Origin: Acanthaster planci
Lineage: Eukaryota
Assembly (NCBI RefSeq): GCF_001949145.1
Contig: NW_019091355.1
Span: 5,729,068-5,793,067, forward strand
DNA length: 64,000 nucleotides
Direction of reading: 5' to 3'
The position numbers and the translations under genes were made by a program. The notes under the pieces were generated by a model, which was not told where the DNA came from, ran no database searches, and was given only the letters and a program-made list of their open reading frames with translations. Below, in pieces: positions 12,401 to 25,312 of this stretch. How positions within the stretch are numbered: the stretch's first letter is position 1; each line of letters starts with the position of its first letter.

Positions 12401-14164
12401 ATTTCAGGTATTGTGACCAGTAAACATCAGCTGCATAACGGTTAGGCCTACCTGCCATTGGAGGTACACTGCAACTTCATAAATATATTCTTTTCAGTCT
12501 AATGGCCGGGGCTTGCTCCCCCTCAAGTTTTAAAACTGTTCCGCCGCCGTTGCTTTGAGGGTTCAGACTCTGCCGCTATCTCATAAAAAAACTTCGAAGA
12601 AAATATTGAAAATAAACGCTTCTAATTTAAAACGTTTATAAAACAATTAAAGTGAAGTAATGAACACCCAAAACGCAAACAAAGGAAAACGTCTCCAAAA
12701 CGCAAACTTGGAGAAATGCATCTTGCAAAAACGATAAAAAAAAAAACAGAAAGAAAGAACGTTTGTGAAGAAAGTCTCGTATTTAAAAATGCACTGGAAA
12801 ATACATATCGCTTTCAAAACGTACCTACACTGCAAGCCTATATCGTAAAGACGAACTTGGAAAAAATCTCGTAAACACAGACTTAGCAAAAATATACTTC
12901 ACTTTTTGAAAATGGACATTTAGGCTAACGCTGGAAAATGTACTTCAAATTGCCTGTACTTGAACATGGGACGAACTGTATCCAATGAGATTCAAACATT
13001 CCAAACGTTCAAAAAACATAACATAAACATGTACACTATAAATTAAATTCTGCTCAAAGCTTTAATGGAAGGCCTAGCAGCAAAAACGCAAACTTTTGCA
13101 GGAAAGAAATCATTTGGACAAAGCCGTGAATTCGGATAGAAATTAGTCTAATTACGTGGTATTCTTTACTAATTACTCCAACTGAAACATCAACATAAAC
13201 GCTTGTACACAACTTTCATGTGGAGATTTTACCATGGTGGTGTGAAAGCTGCAGTGAAATACCACCTTTACAATAACTTACGTGATAAAGGATATTACAT
13301 GTAAACGCGGCGAATGGCTCGCTTTCTTTCTGTCTAGGTCTCCGGGCGAAAGCAATGACAAGGTCAAAGAACTTTCTGCAAGTACACGAGCGAGTTACAC
13401 ATATACTTGTGATTGGGTGAGTGTGGCAGATGATCTGTTCGGCGCGTACAGGCCAAGAAACCTTTATTTTACGCTCGTATCATATTAAAGGGAGGTCACA
13501 AAGTGTGCATTGCCACAATTAATAAAAATTATGCAAAACAATTGGGGCAGGTATGCAAATATCCAATGGGTAGAAACTCTCAGCCAATGAGAAGCGTTAC
13601 AGCCACGTAAGGTCGCCAACTTGCCTATACTAGCAATGTGGCCCATAGCATGGTCACAGCCACTCAAGGCATGCAGAGCCTTTTCGTAAATTATGAAATC
13701 AATTTGCCCACTACCTCCCCCTCGAGCCCACTGCTCTACATTTCAATCAGAGGATTTGGGCTACGTCCTTTTTATACTATGCTGGCCGTTTGGCGGCCGT
13801 AGACGTCCAGCAACCCATTATTTCTCATTTCATAACTGAGCTTTCCCTTGACGGCTTAAATGTTCAACACTTAAATTGGAGAACATGAAGTACATACACT
13901 CGACTGTATGTGCAACATCAGTGGGGGTGATCTTTTCCATTCTGTGTTACATATCACATTTGCCTTATTGCTCAAGTGTAGCCCGAATGAGCAACATCAG
14001 TGGAAGCCTAAAATTTTATACATATAATTCGTTACAATGAATTTCAAGTGTACTCATTTGCGTGCATAGCGTTATGGCACTTCCTGGCCGAATGTTTCAC
14101 ATCAGTGAGAAGAAAGTGCCCACACATTTACTTTGTATGTTTACCCGGGCGTACTGCCCGTTGT

Positions 14165-14371
14165 TTGGGTCTGGTGTGTCCGTGGTTGGGTCTGGTGTGT
14201 CCGTGGTTGGGTCTGGTGTGTCCATGGTTGGGTCTGGTGTGCCCATGTGTGGGTCTGGTGTGTCCATGGTTGGGTCTGGTGTGCCCATGGTTGGGTCTGG
14301 TGTGCCCATGGTTGGGTCTGGTGTGCCCACTGTTGGGTCTGGCGTGCCCATGGTTGGGTCTGGTGAGCCCA
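14165..14371. repeat. 21-bp minisatellite, about 10 copies
   Basis: Unit ttgggtctggtgtg(c/t)cc(a/g)tgg repeated head-to-tail; explains five overlapping repetitive ORFs. Confidence 0.97.
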
Positions 14372-14845
14372 ATTTAACATTATATTGTAACCTGAGATTG
14401 TTTGACCGGACTACCATTGCGATCGATGTCTCACACTCAATAAGTTAATAACCTTCCAGGCCTCGGCATCAGCTCAAACAGATAAACAGTTTTGTGTTGT
14501 TTCCATCCCTTGAGTCCGCGTCTAAACGTATATCATTAGGATAAGACTGATCGGCTGATCAAAACTATTTTTTGAACACACGGTATGCTTTTGCCTGAGA
14601 GAGATTAAAAAATTACGGGCTGTTTCTTCTGCTGTGAATAAAGTGCTTTCAGGGGTATTGTAAAAGAAGCCAAATCAGACAGCTGACACAATATCATAAT
14701 TGTTAACAAATTAAGCAAAAGAACATCTTTAGGCTACACAGCATACAATAATCACCGTGAAAATAAAGCTCAAGGCAACAGGTCAAAAACTTGTTCAATA
14801 CGTTGTTAGGATTAAATACCTACAACTACATCGATAGATTAGTAC

Positions 14846-14902
14846 ATTTTAGCCAGTCCTTCATTTTAAATGAGTCATTTAAAATGAAGGACTGGCTAAA
14901 AT
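14846..14902. repeat. Perfect 57-bp palindrome (28-bp arms, 1-nt centre)
   Basis: attttagccagtccttcattttaaatga-g-tcatttaaaatgaaggactggctaaaat. Confidence 0.97.
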
Positions 14903-16811
14903 TTAGATTACAGGCTATAGTTGCATAGACAAAATGCCAATTACATATTTTTCATAATAATGCATTACAGGAACCTACAAAACCCACCAACCTTTAAAAG
15001 AGAAAACATCACTAATAAATTGCATCAGCATGATGTGATTAATATCCACGACAGCAGCAAGAAAAATATACATGTAAATTATTTATATCAATGATCATTT
15101 GTGATTCCATTCACCCATAATTATACAAAAAACACCTTTTACTGTAAACACAACTTTAATAACATTAAAAAATACCGCCACGATGTAAGGAACACCACTC
15201 TGTGACCATTTTCACAAAGTGCCAAATAATTTATGCTGTTGGAATGCTGTTGCAATGACAAAAATAAGCCAACATTAGTAATTAAAAATTTCTAATCATC
15301 AATAAGTACTTGCCATTTTTAATTCAATATACATGTATGCAGTAAAATTTGATCAGTCAAGTCTTTAGAATATAGAAAAACTACAAGAATAGACAACACT
15401 TATCATTTTCATCACACTGAAAATTTGCTTTAACTTCATAGTATGCATAAAAATTTCCTGACCCCACAAAAATCATTTTTTGGTTCAATTTTACACGTAT
15501 GTGTGCAAGGACAGATTCAGGGGGCCATATATCCCCCCTCCCCTTTAGAAAAGGAGCCACCCCCACTTATTAAGCAAATGAGAGAAAGGCGATTATTGAT
15601 CTACTTCATTTTGCTTTCCTTTGAAATGCACATATAAAGCCCACAAATGTGTCCTCGCCCCATCCCTCAAAAAGGCCATACAGGGCTACATGAAAAAACG
15701 TCCAAATTGTTTGTCCCCCAAGAGTCCCCCTGAAGCAATTGGTTTTGGATTCACCCTTATTCCTGTGTAATGTACATGTATCGTCAGCATTTGTTGGCAA
15801 GTTATGCCACTTTTCTTAAGCACAGGTTTAATTTACAGCCCATCATTTGTGCATTTCCTTTGAGCCAACGACATAATTCAGAATCTAAAGAAGGGCGCCG
15901 AAGAACAAACCACATGTACTACAATATACTAGGATTTTGATTTCAGATCCAAATTTGCTGCATCATGTTTTGAATTGGATCTTCATACTTGGACATGTCG
16001 GACACATTCTCACGTTCAGCCAAAAGCAGCTACGACATGTCATGCGCTGAACCAATGAAATACAGTAACCGCCCATGTGTTTTGTGTCAATGCGTGTGTG
16101 CTTCTGATTGCGATATTCCAATTTGCATTGGTTTATAGAGGGAGTTTAGTCCCATAACCATCTTTCAACCAAATGTGCTTTTCAACAATACTTTAGACAA
16201 TTACATTTTGGATAACTGCAAATGATGGACTGTACCTTTAAGTCTGAGTGGTGGTCTGACTTCTAAACTAGCAAAGTTTACAGGCTGATGAAATGCAGTT
16301 TTCTTTGTACTCTTTTTCAATGTATTCTTTCACACCCCCCATTTAGTTAAATACATTGAAAAGTTCACTTCTTTAAACACTTCAAATTATCCCTTGCTTT
16401 CCTGGACAATTGAAGGTGCTGCTGCTACAATATCATCCAGGAAAGACAGTTCATTGCAGAGGTTTTTCTGTTAAAATTGTGAACCGTTGTAACATTTAGG
16501 CTTTCTTCCTGGATTGATACTACAGTTTTGCTCATGAATATGGAAATACTCATTAGTATAAAAAGCAAAAAGGCAGCAACCAAATGAAAATAAGGTCAAC
16601 TGAAACACACAGGTGCAATTTGAAGGTTTGTATTAAAACATTTTGATTGCAGCTACCCTTTAGCTACATACCCAAACCATGTCAAAATCAAGACGATTCT
16701 ACATGATTTATATCAAACTTCAGAAGTTAGAGCTATGTAGCCAGCATTGATGGGGTACCTCTTCCTATGAGTCTATTTGTGTTATTTAGGTGTGGATACC
16801 AATTGATGAGC

Positions 16812-17074
16812 TTAATATTGCTTCTTAACACACACTTCCATCTCATCAATTGGCTGATGTGTCAGTGCCGCTACCCTGTTCAAAGTCAAGACGGACTCGG
16901 ACTCCTTCCCTGGTACCTTGTAGAAAGTGTACCGGCTGAACAGCCAAGTGAAGAGCAGGAAGATTTCTTTCTTGGCAAAGTCCTCGCCCAGGCAGACGCG
17001 ACGTCCAGCACTGAAGGGAAGGAAACTCTCAGGGAGCTTGGAGAGAAGTTGTCCATTGTCATCCAAGAAACGCT
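16812..17074 (-). CDS. Cytochrome P450 (clan 2, CYP17-like), exon 9 (last; heme-binding)
   Basis: atag acceptor, phase-1 join completes the PERF motif; FSAGRRVCLG heme-thiolate motif; ends at a TAA stop. Confidence 0.96.
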
Positions 17075-18243
17075 CTATCACAGAATGTAACAATAAATGT
17101 CAACTGTCATAGGAATAATCTGAAGGATATAGAGATGAAGTGCTGGTTTAGTAGATTTTCTATCCAGCACATCAGTGCCTTCTGTGTCTGTGAGGAAAAG
17201 TTACAGAAATCCCTGATTTGGAGCCAAAAATCTATGCTTCATTTTCGTCATTTAGGCCTAAGACAAGAAACATTGTGATCATGCCACCACTGTTTGAAGA
17301 GTTACTGTCTAGCTTCAGGCTTCAAAGGCCCCACACTTGTGGTCTACCATGGAAGAAGGAAAAAATTGGTTCTACGATTGTGGCTATCAATCGTGAGGCA
17401 GTAAAATGCTTGTATGAAAATTGATGAAGGTACATGTGAAGGTGTTTTGGGTTTCTTTTTGAGGGGGCAGGTCAAATTCAGTTTGTTAAAAAAGTGGGAT
17501 CCTGCAAAACACAGATGATTTGTGTTTTACTGAGTTTGCTCCTTCTGGCTGAGGGTTTTTTTATTTGATAGAAGATATATAACGGTTTTTGCCCTTACCC
17601 AACGTATATTAATAAGCACTGTATGCTCAGTGCTTGTCCGAGAGCTTGCGAAATAGAAGATATTTGAAATTGAAGGGTTTAATTGGTCATTCTTGAAGAG
17701 AAACAGCCTCTTGTCTTAGAAGTGGAACAGCGGAAGCCACTTCAGTAACATGCACTGGTGCATTTGCAATTTTGAAAAGGAATATGGTGGAAAAAACTAG
17801 CAACATAACGATAATGTCAACAGAAGGTTACAAAAGGCTTGCTCTACCATCAACATCTTAAAACAATTTTTAAATCACTCCAACTGACTACTTCATGATT
17901 TTAAGTCTGTGGAAAAAATGAGATTTTCTTTACAAAACTACTGAAGTCTGAATTCAATGTTACTTGGTATTACTTGTAGCTCATAGAGATAAAAGTGGAA
18001 AAATTGCACTCAATCTTGAAGTACAATGAGCATCCAACAGTGTTTCCAAAAAAATCCAGTTTCTGGATGAGTAGGCTATATTTTAAAGTTTGTGCTTTTA
18101 CATGGATGGTTTCTTCTTGCATGTACATGAGACTCTTATATACATGTATGTGGATGAATCTTGTATTGTAACACTGTTGTTTGAGCTTACAAAAACAATC
18201 ACAGATGGGCATATTCAAACCAAGAGGGCAAGCATGCTATAAG

Positions 18244-18309
18244 CAGGCCCATTGGAAGGTATAAAAAAGGTGGGGACAGGGCATCCCCCCCCCCGTTCCG
18301 GCGGCCATG
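18244..18309. mobile_element. 66-bp hAT-like mini-element
   Basis: Perfect 8-bp TSD GCTATAAG (18236-18243 and 18310-18317); imperfect TIR caggcccattggaa / ttccggcggccatg. Confidence 0.7.
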
Positions 18310-18508
18310 GCTATAAGTAACAATGTCGTACATGTGGAGAGTATCACGATGTTCCTGTCAATTGTGCAATGAACAGACTTTCAAATTTGCCAGCCCCTGT
18401 AAGAGGTACAACACTGGACTGATGACTGCGAGCTCCCACTAAGGCTAATAGGGACTATCAGGAGGAAAATAAAAACACTTTTTTTGGTTTTAAAAGTGTT
18501 GAATTTAC

Positions 18509-18607
18509 CTGGTTTAAACTTCTCCGGTTCATTCCATTCTTTGGTGTCATTGTGAAGGGCCAGAATGTCAATCATCACTGTAGTGCCTTTAGGAATGTCA
18601 TATCCAG
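18509..18607 (-). CDS. Cytochrome P450, exon 8
   Basis: ctgcag acceptor, gtaaat donor, 99 nt phase 1/1; [33 protein letters not shown]. Confidence 0.95.
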
Positions 18608-19057
18608 CTGCAGAATGGTACAAAACCAAATATCACACACCTAGCTGCTGAATAAATTCTCCCATTAAGAGAAATATCATGGGGGAAAATGGCAGACATA
18701 CATGTGTACATACACAGTAAGAGGATAAAATGACCAGCATATTTCCATACAGGATTTTAAATTTTTTCTTGAACGGCACCCAGGATGATAGGTTTTGGGT
18801 TTGAGAATGAAGGTAAAAGTAACGTGGACATGGGGTTCATGGTTTTGGAAAACAGTGGCGTTTGCGGGCCAATGCAGGTGCTATGATGCTGGAATGGTAG
18901 ACAGGAGATTGTGGGAAATATCAGTGGTGGTGATCAGGTCTTGTGAAGGGTGGAGCATCCAATTAGAGTGTGTTTGGTCACTTAGAGGGAAACAGGCCTC
19001 TGAATCCTGTTCCGTAAGGAAGGGACAGGGACACAGGGTTAGGACAGAAATACTCAC

Positions 19058-19297
19058 CCAGTGTGGTGTCCTCCATCACAGCATGGGGCAAGCCAGTTGG
19101 TGCCACTGTACCATACCGGAATATCTCAAGAATGGTGGCTTCAGTGTATGGCAAAGAGGCCCTGTCATCCAGCGAGGGGAGTCTATCACGGCCTAAGACC
19201 TCATCAATCTCCATGGCAACCTTTTGCTGGATGTCAGGGTTCTCTACCATGAGACCAACTGCCCAGTGAAGGGTAATAATAGTAGTTTCGGTTCCAG
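19058..19297 (-). CDS. Cytochrome P450, exon 7 (I-helix end, K-helix)
   Basis: acacag acceptor, gtgagt donor, 240 nt phase 1/1; AGTETT oxygen-activation motif and ExxR (EIFR). Confidence 0.96.
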
Positions 19298-19729
19298 CTG
19301 TGTGTCAAAACATATCGATAAAGGAAACAGTCAGAACTTTGGAAAAAGCAAACTACAGTAAAACATTTGAGGCCTTAAATTTTGCAACCTAAACATTCTA
19401 ACTCTTTGGTGTTTCCTTCCATGTAATTTGAACTTCCACCACGTTTAAAATCAAAACTTACAAGAAGACACTGAGGTAAAAAGGAAAAAAAAGAATATTT
19501 TCAGAGGCAGATGGCAAGGAGGCAAATACCTTACAAAGAGCTGCGTTGGGAACTATTGAGGGCCCTTAGAGAGTGTACTAAAGATATAGATGTGGGAGCA
19601 GTTCCTTGACACTTGGTATGTGTAGCATGTATATGCATACCTCTTGACCATACACAACAGAAACACACAGATGCAGCCTTGGCAGCAGTTTTCATGTTTC
19701 ATTGCCAGAGAGTGTCAAGTCATGACAAG

Positions 19730-19995
19730 CAAAGATCGATAACGAAAGATGGATAACGGAGCCCAAAAGCTGTAATCACCATGGGCGCCATTTGAGCAAG
19801 TGATACGCCTGCGCAGTTTACATTAATGCTTGGGCGCAGGCTCACCAGGTGCACATGCCTGCTGCGGCACCTGCGCCTTTGCATTAATGTGCATTGCGCA
19901 GGCGTAACGCTTGCTCAAATGGCGCCTATGCGATTACAATGTTTTACGTGTATTTACGGTAAAGTTCGCCATCTTGCGGCACTATACGATCTTTG
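19730..19995. mobile_element. Foldback non-autonomous DNA transposon (8-bp TSD class)
   Basis: Termini caaagatcg / cgatctttg; TSD atgacaag / ataacaag; long internal inverted repeat 19771-19938. Confidence 0.75.
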
Positions 19996-20245
19996 ATAAC
20001 AAGGTACTTCTGCCCCAAAGTGATGTTTCAGCTTTGCCTCTGGTCCCAAAACCATTTAAAGGCCTTCAATGCTTGGACTTCATATTGAAAGGTGCGAAGC
20101 TCTTAAAACAAAAACTCTGCTCAGGGTGATCAAGAAGCTTCAAATTTAGAGACCCATAGTCTGGCAACACTGAAAACTCCACCAAGGCCAAAGTGATGGT
20201 TTTAGAATTAAGCTCTTTAGAGTACTGTTTGTTTTTAACACGTAC

Positions 20246-20371
20246 CACCAAAGATATCCGAGACGGTTTGGACAATGTGCGTGTCGGTGATTTTGTCAGC
20301 TTCCTCCTCTCCAGCTTCAATTGCCTGCTTCTGGGTCAACAGCAATGAGTCAAAGAAGTCCCGCACATTGT
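20246..20371 (-). CDS. Cytochrome P450, exon 6
   Basis: ctgcag acceptor, gtacgt donor, 126 nt phase 1/1; DNVRDFFDSLLLTQKQ...HIVQTVSDIFG. Confidence 0.94.
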
Positions 20372-22011
20372 CTGCAGTGAACAAGGGAAAAATAGCCTGG
20401 AGTGCAGAACAAGTCAATCACTCCCCACTTATGATGAAACAAGTGATGAAGACCTTAACATTTCTTGACTATTCTGCCCAAATCCTCTTCAAGCCCAACA
20501 AGACAATAAACTCTTTCACTGCTGTTAACTTGGATCGACTGCGAAGCATCTTGATGAAAGTTGCCTGAAAAAGTTGCAGGTACCGGTAGGCAAGGTGGAT
20601 GTGCACATCAATGTCAAATCAAGTAACTGAATTTGGCTCCCTGCATATACATGTAAATTTTGGTACATGCAGATGCCAAATCTGATGATCTTCAAGCTTT
20701 TGTGTCATCACAGTACTGATACTTTTCTCCTATTAACTCTCCCACTGTCAAGTTAAAATTTACGATCTGAAAAAACCCATCCAAATTGGTCAGGTTTTTC
20801 TTGTGTCAAGACTTTTAAAGTGTCAAGAGTAAAAGTACATTCCTGAAGCACTGGAAAGCAGCCTAGAGTGCACTGAAGTGTGGCAGTGCGTCCACTTGCC
20901 CCGAGTTTACGACATGCATACAAAAGACCAACATTGAGGATAAGTTTTGAAGAGGTATAAACCTAACGACGGACAGAGCATATTGTCCGAAATGCTGAGT
21001 GCCACCGGTTCTTTTCAGAACCCCACATACTCCAAAAAGAGATACATCCATGGTGCTACCTCAATCCTATCTAGTTTACTTACTACCTTCACCATGAAAA
21101 GTTTCAAATCTCATCAGGTATTCAACCATTCTTTGCAATTCAAATACTGATGTAGTTTTGGAGTGTGCTTGTGTAACCTGTATTTCTCGCCATGAGTCAT
21201 GATCGCCTTTTTCCCCTGTGATGCACTGTTGATTTTGGTATCGCACCCAAGGCATAGTGCTTTGTCCGGCTTCTTCAATTTCCAAATGAACAGATTTTGT
21301 TTGGATCAATCCTCACTGCCATGAGTTCGAGTTTTTAAGGTCCTTGTCAGTCTCCTTTATGCCCTTCTCTTTCCTGATGAATATTGTCTTAATGTCTTTG
21401 CAACCTAACATAATAATTCAAGTCATGTTAATAACATTGCATTTCTAACTTAGGGCAGAACTCAGTTGTGTAAATGATATGATGATGCTGAACCACTCGC
21501 ACAAGAAAACTCTTCATACAGTGAATGTCATTTGTCCGTTCCCAGCGCTACCCATTTTTTGTCCATAAAAGAGCCGATGAAAATCGTTATTTTACATATA
21601 CATGCATCTCCAAATTCTAGCCTGGTTTCGGATCTGAGTGAATGGAACAAGTTCGAGATTGTACGGGACCAGCCTCACCGGGTATGTGAAGTTTTGGAAC
21701 TTAAAATGTCAATTTTCCATGGTTGGAGCTAAAGTAAAAGTAGGATCTTCAAATCAAAGCCAGAAAGTCAAAATAAGAAAGTCAGAATTCCGCCAAATGT
21801 CGGAAGAATCTCATCCCTGGTGGATGGCACAGGGAGTGTTTGATTTTGATGGATTTTGTCCGGTGCCTAGTAAAGGGCACTGAGGGTTAGAATTGATATA
21901 CCACAGAAGCGTGAACCTCAGCTTTGTAGAGCATCATGACACATCAAAGTCCTGTGTCCTGGTTACAAATGTCTGATTATAACAAGTTGATGACAAATTT
22001 CTGGGACTCAC

Positions 22012-22220
22012 CTGGATCAAACTGTTCACGGTGCCTCTTTAACTCCCCATAGAACACATCAAGCATAGCACCCACGATCTTGCAGACCTTTTTCTCACTT
22101 TGAGTTGGAATGAAACTCAAGGCTGGGAAATAGTCCGGCAGCAGACCATTGCCAAAGGCTTTCTGCGCTTCAACATTCAAGTCAATCCACTGCAACAGTT
22201 CCGGTTGGTTGAATTCATAC
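22012..22220 (-). CDS. Cytochrome P450, exon 5
   Basis: ttaaag acceptor, gtgagt donor, 209 nt phase 2/1; QYEFNQPELLQWIDLNVEAQKAFGNGLLPDYFPALSFIP...HREQFDP. Confidence 0.92.
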
Positions 22221-22778
22221 CTTTAATGAGATGGCAATATCACATACAGAACTCCATTGCCCCATTATTTTCTGACTACAACTTTCAATACATGTATGTC
22301 CAATGTATGTATCAGCCCCAAAGAAAACAGTCTTACGGTCTGTTTTTCAATTCTCTTCACTTCTCTATTACCCTCTGGTGGATTACGAAAAGATATGCAT
22401 AAGAGGATAAAATGTTGGGTTTAGAAGCAACAGAACATTCAAAGCAATAGATCTATATGAATATCCCATAGTAAGAATTAAAACAACTAAAAAAAAGAAT
22501 CATTTACACTCTATTATGAAGCAAGCCATTTCTGATATTTTTAAAAAGAATATATTTATAAAAGAAATATTCTTTAAAAAGAATGTGTACATGGCCATGT
22601 TATAAGAAAACGGTTACACTTTCAATTACGCTAAGTCTCGTAAAAAGTCAGCACATGGTCAAGTTCAAACAAATGCTAAACTATGCATTTCATTCAAAAT
22701 TATAATACCATTCCATGCTGACACATGAAGTGATCGCAAAATCTTCACGATCACAGATACATGCACATGTATACTTAC

Positions 22779-22937
22779 TGCCTGCCAAAGCACATGGAAG
22801 CCAGGATGTTATATACAATCTGACCAATGGTGTACTTTGGTGCAAATGGCTTGTCTCCAAGTCCATCCAGAACCTTGGCAATTTCAGGTGTGACACTGTA
22901 TACCAGCTTCTCCAGTTGTTCTTTCTTTGCAAAATGC
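22779..22937 (-). CDS. Cytochrome P450, exon 4
   Basis: ttctag acceptor, gtaagt donor, 159 nt phase 2/2; RHFAKKEQLEKLVYSVTPEIAKVLDGLGDKPFAPKYTIGQIVYNILASMCFGR (E-helix NIxxxxCFG); this frame is not in the ORF track. Confidence 0.92.
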
Positions 22938-24187
22938 CTAGAATGCATTGAGTAAAGGTAACAGTCAGGAGATATTCTGACAGATGAAGATTAATTTCTA
23001 CAATGTAAAAGAGCATGTATGCACGGTACGTGCATGTGCAATGTACATACAATGCATGCATTTTGCTCCAACCTCAATCCTACGGTGTCGAGCAGTGCAC
23101 CCCCATACATGCTCAGTTTCACATTTCATATTAATATTCATGAAAACGAAAAGGGGATTATGTAAGAGACAAAAAGGAAGTAGGACAGTAACTACACCTT
23201 TGGCTGGAACCCCAGAGCTGTATTACATTATTAGAGCACTTACATGGACATGTATACCCATTGCCTCGTGCAGAGAGATTTTGAAGCAACCTTACATGTA
23301 AGCACAAACATTTTGAATTAGTGCACTTGACTGTGAAGAACTTGACAATGAAACATAATTGAATAATGTAGTCAAAAGGCAACTTTCAAGCACAGCACAC
23401 ATGACTAATACGACACATGTACCGGTATAGCACGGTTTCTGTCAGAAATAATGCATTAATTAAAAGGTCTCAGCGAAATCTAGCAGCAGCAAAGATGTCC
23501 AAGTGCGGCGTTGTTCATTGCATTGTGTATTAAATTTATAATTATCCCTGCATGACAGTTGCATATTTGTGAGTGTCTACAGACAGACACTCACAAGCAG
23601 GTTTCTCATTTCACAGTGAAGAGCCGGCAGTGCTCTAGTCATTTAAAATGGTGAAAACTCATTGTAATTATTCACCTAAAACACATCAGAACAATTCACA
23701 TTAAATATGATATCAATTGTTACCGTTCTATTGCTTCGTCAAATCAGTAATAAAGTTGCCTATCCAGGGGTTACAAGTGGAACTGGGAATTAGGTAACCT
23801 CTGGGGAAGAGGTTGGCATGTGCATCTTTACTCGCAAGGCAACACTACACAAAATCCGGATCAAGATTTTATGGAGTTACAATATAATGTACATGTACAT
23901 GTAGGGCATAGTGATCAATTTCATGTGATTGGCCTGGAAGGGAAACTCTTAGCTTTGGTTTTAAGGATGTCAAGAGAATTTATCCCTAACCCTGTAGAGA
24001 CCTCAAGATCACCCAGCAGTAGATATTTCTTATTGAAGTTTGTTGATCTGATGAGAAGCAAACAGCAGACTTTTACATCTGTTTATATGCACTAACAACT
24101 ATTGTCAGATCTAAACTGAAATACATCTTAAAAAAAAAAAACAAAAAAAACCAAAAAAAACTGAAGTCAGTTTGCCATACTGCATAT

Positions 24188-24441
24188 GGGTCATTCCATG
24201 AGGGTGGGGCACAATTTGTGACGGTGTCAGTTGTTACATCTGTTCCGTAAAAATGAACAGCTATTTCCCTGCATGTGGATTCCAAATTGACATTGTTATA
24301 CATCCTGCAAAGCTGAATACAGAGGGGTGTGTTATTTTTACAGAATAAATAACCTACTCTACAGGTCATGACAGGTGGTAAAACTTTTGGACGCAACAAG
24401 GACACCGTCACAAATTGTGCCCCAACCTCATGGAATGACCC
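24188..24441. mobile_element. MITE copy B (GGG termini, ATAT 4-bp TSD, Sola2-like)
   Basis: Near-perfect TIRs of about 40 bp, ATAT on both sides; internal sequence is homologous to copy A in inverted orientation. Confidence 0.88.
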
Positions 24442-25096
24442 ATATTGTAGCAGCTACAGTGCACATATTTAATACCTGTATCATGCAGCAGCATTTGAGG
24501 TACTTTAATAGGTTTCATTGGAACCCAACCCATTAACACACTGTAGGCATCACCAGGATTTTTTCGATGGGAAGTATAACATTTGACAGCAAATCTAACC
24601 ATTAATGATTAAATGTGGCAAACTTCCAGGTACTTTACATAAACAAACACATTATATTCAAACAAATTGTTGACGATCATCCCTTTTCCTATTTTTTACT
24701 TTTTAAAATTTTTTTATTTTATGGTTTCTTTTGGTTTACCTTTTCTTTTCCCCTCACTGCATTTATTTTGTTCGGGGGGAGGGGGGGTAGGAACTCCCTT
24801 CCTCCACCCCCAAGGTGCCAAGAACTAAGACTGTACAGCATTCACAGACTAGATCTATGGAGTCCCTCACTGACACTGGCAACAAATAATGCAGTGATGC
24901 TATACCAACCAGTGCTCATTGCTACATTGCTGCCTAGCAGACCACACAGCCTTGAACACATGATTTTCAGATGAAAATTGCTCAAGAGTGTTAAGATGAG
25001 TGCTGTGTACTCCATGCTGAATGTTGCTGCTGGAGTATCAAAGCATCCACTCTCACTCATACTGGGCCCATTCTTTCTCAGTGTAGATCAACTTAC

Positions 25097-25190
25097 CTCA
25101 GTGCAGTGTGACCAAGCTTGCGTTGGTACCTCCACTGTGGACCATAGTTGGAGAACACAATATCTTTGTATCCCTCCGTAAATATCTCAA
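25097..25190 (-). CDS. Cytochrome P450, exon 3
   Basis: cccag acceptor, gtaagt donor, 94 nt phase 1/2; VEIFTEGYKDIVFSNYGPQWRYQRKLGHTAL with the C-helix WxxxR motif. Confidence 0.94.
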
Positions 25191-25312
25191 CTGGGTTACA
25201 GAAACAGAAACATACATGATTGTTAGAGAGCTGAACTGATCTCATACACCACTGAGCAAGGACACAGACACTGAGACCACTTGGTATTATCCAACTTGAC
25301 AAACTGAATTGA

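Noticed and set aside
13200..13700. CCAAT-rich, CpG-containing stretch as the promoter of an additional gene
   Set aside because: No associated exon or ORF could be supported from the sequence
14048..14448. Repetitive ORFs (LGLVCPW, GSGVPMV, PDPTMGT, WAHQTQP) and possible CRISPR-like periodicity
   Set aside because: These are by-products of a 21-bp tandem repeat; there are no unique spacers, no cas genes and no splice or coding support
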